From Octopus vulgaris (taxonomy: Eukaryota), in assembly GCA_951406725.2 (NCBI GenBank), contig OX597834.1:23994001-24058000 (forward strand): a DNA stretch of 64,000 nucleotides, given 5' to 3'. Below, piece after piece: positions 60,029 through 64,000 of this stretch. Under the pieces are notes generated by a model. It saw only the letters and a list, made by a program, of their open reading frames with translations, searched no databases and was not told where the DNA came from. The position numbers and the translations under genes were made by a program. Position 1 is the stretch's first letter. Each line of letters begins with the position of its first letter.

Positions 60029-60996
60029 TAGCCCACAACATACTGTTGAAGTTGACCGATAGTAGCCGCCCACGTCTACCTACCCTCAATTTTTCATGTC
60101 TTAGTGTGTAGGTTTGACCATCTCTGACTTCATGTTGCTGAAGAGATGAAGATAATAACCCACAGAAATGTGTGGTGGTAGCCATGCCATCATTATACTC
60201 TCCCTGTTGTTTGTCACAGCAGAACAGAAAGCCATGGTACTTGCCCATTCTTTGATTTGCCCCTCAATATTTACTAAGGTGTGTGTGTAATCACCAGGAT
60301 AAATGTGATTTTAAGAAAAGGCTCCTGACCCTCTCTTTACCCTAACCCCCAACACCATCTATTTTAGCGTTAATGGCATTATTTTTGAGGATCTGTTTTA
60401 CTCATCAGGCAAGGACAGTGGCTAAGAGCCTTAATTTTTTTGGGGGTGGGTGGGTCTTTTAAGGTATGAACCAGGAATTCGAATTCAGAATGCAGATATT
60501 TCAAGGCCTATTATCCAGTGATCTTAGAATTTCTCAATCCAAGACCATGGTGTAGCATTTAACAGATCTGCAAAGGGATGAAAGGTAAAGTCGACCGAGA
60601 CACAACTTGAACTCACTGTGCAGACAACCATAAGAAACAACACAAGGCATTTTCTCTGACCCTCAAACCACTCAGCCAAGGTAGGGGTTTATCTGAAAGG
60701 GGGGGGAGTCTAGCCATATTTAATACATTTAGTTGTTATTTAGTCCTCCTTGATCACTAGTGCCTGAGCAGACCTATGATCAAAGACAACCAAGCTCTGA
60801 CAGCTCTGTCCTTGTTCCTATGCAGAAAGGACTCCCTCTCCTCCATTATCCCACATGGCCTGCTATTTCTGCCGCATCGAATGCCACATAAATATCTAGT
60901 CACTATCAGTACACAATGACCAAAGTGATACTCTCCATGGAAGTGGGTGGAAATCCTGCTCCCCCACACCCCGCTACAAACAAAATGGGCCACATG

Positions 60997-61147
60997 ACTT
61001 GGTTGGTGTTAGGAAAGGGCATCCAGCTGTAGAAACACTGCCAAACCAGACTGGAGCCTGGTGCAGCCTTCACGGCTTACCAGACCCCCCAGTCGAATCG
61101 TCCAACCCATGCTAGCATGGAAAACGGACGTTAAATGATGATGATGA
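60997..61147 (+). mobile_element. SINE family C 3' fragment
   Basis: TTAGGAAAGGGCATCCAGCTGTAGAAAC..GGACGTTAAATGATG. Confidence 0.85.
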
Positions 61148-61447
61148 CTTGTAAGAAATAACAACCAAATCCCTCACCTCTCATATCGCACCAAACCATT
61201 ACAATAAAAATTCAAGATACATTGATAATGTAGCTTTAGATACCAGTTATAAAGACAGGGACATGGTTGGAATACTTTTGATTATAGAACTGGGCTGACT
61301 TGAGGATAAACAACAACAACCTGCCTCTATAAGGGGCTGCCACAATCATCAGAGACATCAGCCCCATCCCCTTAGATTTACCTCACCAACACAAAAGCCT
61401 GTCAGTAGCTTTCACCATTAACCACAGATCATGAAATATTCCAGATA

Positions 61448-62083
61448 CAGTAATCCCCTCGCCATATCGCAGTTCAGCTGTCGCGGTTCACCAATTGCAG
61501 TTTATTATTTAAGCTTACGGCGATCTCTCCATGGTGTTGTTTTGCATTTATAATAAAATAAATATAAACAAATTATAAAAATAATTTTAAAAAAATATAC
61601 AGGTGCAGGAGTGGCTGTGTGGTAAGTAGCTTGTTTACCAACCACACGGTTCCGGGTTTCAGTCCCACTGCATGGCACCTTGGGCAAGTGTCTTCTGCTA
61701 TAGTCTCGGGCCGACCAAAGCCTTGTGAGTGGATTTGGTAGACGGAAACTGAAAGAAGCCCGTCGTATATATGTATATATATGCGTGTGTGTGTGTGCGT
61801 CTGTGTTCGTCCCCCTAGCATTGCTTGACAACCGATGCTGGTGTGTTTATGTCCCTGTTACTTAGCGGTTCGGCAAAAGAGTCCGATAGAATAAGTACTG
61901 GGCTTACAAAAGAATAAGTCCCGGGGTCGAGTTGCTCGATTAAAGGCGGTGCTCCAGCATGGCCGCAGTCAAATGACTGAAACAAGTAAAAGAGTAAAAG
62001 AGAGAGTACTGTTTCTACTGTGGATTTTCACCTATTGTGGTGGGTTTCGGGACATAACACCCACGATAGTCAAAGGATTACTG
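61448..62083. mobile_element. pogo/Tigger-like MITE containing a family B SINE (61599-62007, plus)
   Basis: TA|CAGTAATCCCCTCG.. and ..AAAGGATTACTG termini; full B copy inside. Confidence 0.7.
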
Positions 62084-62659
62084 CATTTACCCCCAGAGAA
62101 TTAATCCCTGACATTTACCACAACACCACCAACCAACAGCAGTGTTGCTATATAGTTATATGCCCTGCAAGAAACAACAGTTAAATCTCCCTCAAATCAA
62201 AAGCAACAGTCTTAGAAAAGGAGATATTGGATAACATGCATCCTAGTCTCCATGCTTACAGAAAATAGATGGAATGGTCATGGTTGGAAATCATTTTTCT
62301 TTTTTTGTTTTTTGTTTCAGGTCTATTTGATCGGTGCTAACTTGGGACTACACAACCACAAAAACAAAAGTTGTCAGTCACACACATATCTTCCTCTCAC
62401 TACAGAATACAATATCACTGGTGGCTACTTTTAGATGCAACACCATCAATGGTTGCTTGACCTGCAAGAAACAACAGTTGAGTCTCCCTCAAAAAAAAAG
62501 AGGGAATGTAATGCAATGTAGCCACATAATCTCTATGACTGAAATGTCTTTAAACGCATCTGAACTAAGACCTACCAACAACAATAGCCCTTAGACCCTT
62601 CTTTGTTTCAGCTGCTGGGCTTGGAAAGAAGTGGGAATACGAATGGCCTTTGAAGGCCC

Positions 62660-63105
62660 TCTTTGACATTTGAGATTGACATCATTAATGCTCTTGTTGA
62701 GCCATTACATACCAATACCTGCAGGAGAGATATGAGCAGTGGAATAGAGGAATTTCAGAGGGATAACACTCAAGGAAAGGACTGCAAGGGATACAAGATG
62801 ATGATGATGGGTGGATACAAGAAGGGTGATAAAATGAGAAGAGATGAATGGGTCAAGAATATCTGTGGAGGTGGTCATAATTCCAATCAACTCTGAGGAG
62901 AAAAAGCCATAACTGTTGTATGAAAGGCAGAGAGAAGAGAGTGTACCTGTGGGTCAAAATCTGTTTATGAAGGACTTTATGCCAAATGAATGTCTGGTGG
63001 CCCTTTTCCAAGTGCAATCTTGTATGTCTGTGAGTACAGCAGCAACAACCCAGTCCCAGATGTGAGAGCAATGCTTCATTGTGGGCCTTATTTATATTTC
63101 ACGGC
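62660..63105 (-). pseudogene. Highly degraded CR1/Jockey-group LINE ORF2 C-terminus
   Basis: Minus peptide IRPTMKHCSHIWD..KRA..LSSLCL resembles IRP.MEYCSHIW..SLCLFY; many lesions. Confidence 0.4.
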
Positions 63106-63321
63106 TACACATGTCAACTTCAGACATTTGAACCAGTAAAATATCCAGGTCAAGAGATGATAGATGCAGAAATAGCTGCCCTAGCATTCAGCTGGTACTT
63201 ACAGAGTGTTCAGGCTAAATTTAACAGTTTGCATAAAAGGAAAAGAAAACACAATATCCCATCCAAAAATATTTTAAAATCTCAAAATATATCAGCTAAA
63301 TTATGGCTGGGATATAACAGT

Positions 63322-63760
63322 TTATTCTAAATAGTCCACCTCAGTTTCCACTACAGCCTCAAGACAGCTCTGGAACCTGGCACATGAATTCCTCATTGTT
63401 TCCTAGGAAGATCTTCAAACACCCCCTTGATTTTGGCTACTAGCTCAGTTTTGATGTTGCAGGCAGAGCATTTGGTATCCTTTTCAACTACACACCACAC
63501 ATAGTACCCCATCGGGTGTACAACTGTGGGAATTAGGAGGCCAGAAATTGGGGCTGGTGAAGTCATAGAAATTCTCCAACAATCACTTCTGACTCTTTCT
63601 GGAAGTATGACAAAGAGCCAAATCCTGCTGCCACAACTATAGCTTTCCAACAGCAACCATCTCTGGCCATAGATTGACCACAGTCTTCAGCAGCTTCACA
63701 TGGCTGTCTGAATTGAGCCTAAGGCCCTATTCAAAAGATTTGGGGGTGGATTCCAGCAAA
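63322..63760 (-). pseudogene. maT/DD37D-type transposase remnant (same family as 13100)
   Basis: GLRLNSDSHVKLL..WQQDLALCHTS..ENFYDFTSPNFWPPNS..YYVWCVVEK..ELVAKIKGVFEDLP. Confidence 0.75.
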
Positions 63761-64000
63761 CACAGTCAGAAAGCCTGCTGTGTCCTTTCCTGCAGGCCAC
63801 AACTTTGTAGTCTCTATTCCAGCCGTCCCTGTTGCACCTTTCACCCATTACAATGTTCGCAGAGCACTAAACTACAGTCATGATGCTGGCATTTTGATAT
63901 CTGGTGCAAATCATTATGATACTGATAAGAATTTTCCAGTATTCTGATGGCTCCCAGTCTTCTATGTGGGTTTTTTCTTAACTACAACTTTAATCTTCAT

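Overview
AT-rich, repeat-dense eukaryotic DNA with no intact protein-coding gene that I can support. The repeat content points to a cephalopod, probably Octopus (inference). It includes tRNA-derived SINEs with Nin/Deu-like and CORE-like bodies, RTE-tailed SINEs and very many microsatellites. The window holds many SINE copies (labelled families A-D here), a full-length but dead irritans-type mariner, three maT/DD37D remnants, a Helitron RepHel pseudogene plus non-autonomous Helitrons, piggyBac-, Tc1-, Tigger- and telomere-repeat MITEs, and CR1/RTE LINE 3' fragments. The signal most easily missed is non-coding RNA structure. About eleven type-I hammerhead ribozyme motifs, intact or decayed, sit in Penelope-like repeats. 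Each group has its own palindromic helix III, and one multi-copy ~190-bp element (family E) has a non-canonical CUG-U-N-GA core. SINE family C carries tandem compact H-type pseudoknot motifs. Other oddities: SINE dimers sharing one junction, ~70-bp target duplications (one with a loop micro-inversion), a palindrome with perfect 41-bp arms, and a CpG-retaining zone at ~55.4-60.1 kb that may be a promoter. Coordinates were read by eye and family names are not database-verified.
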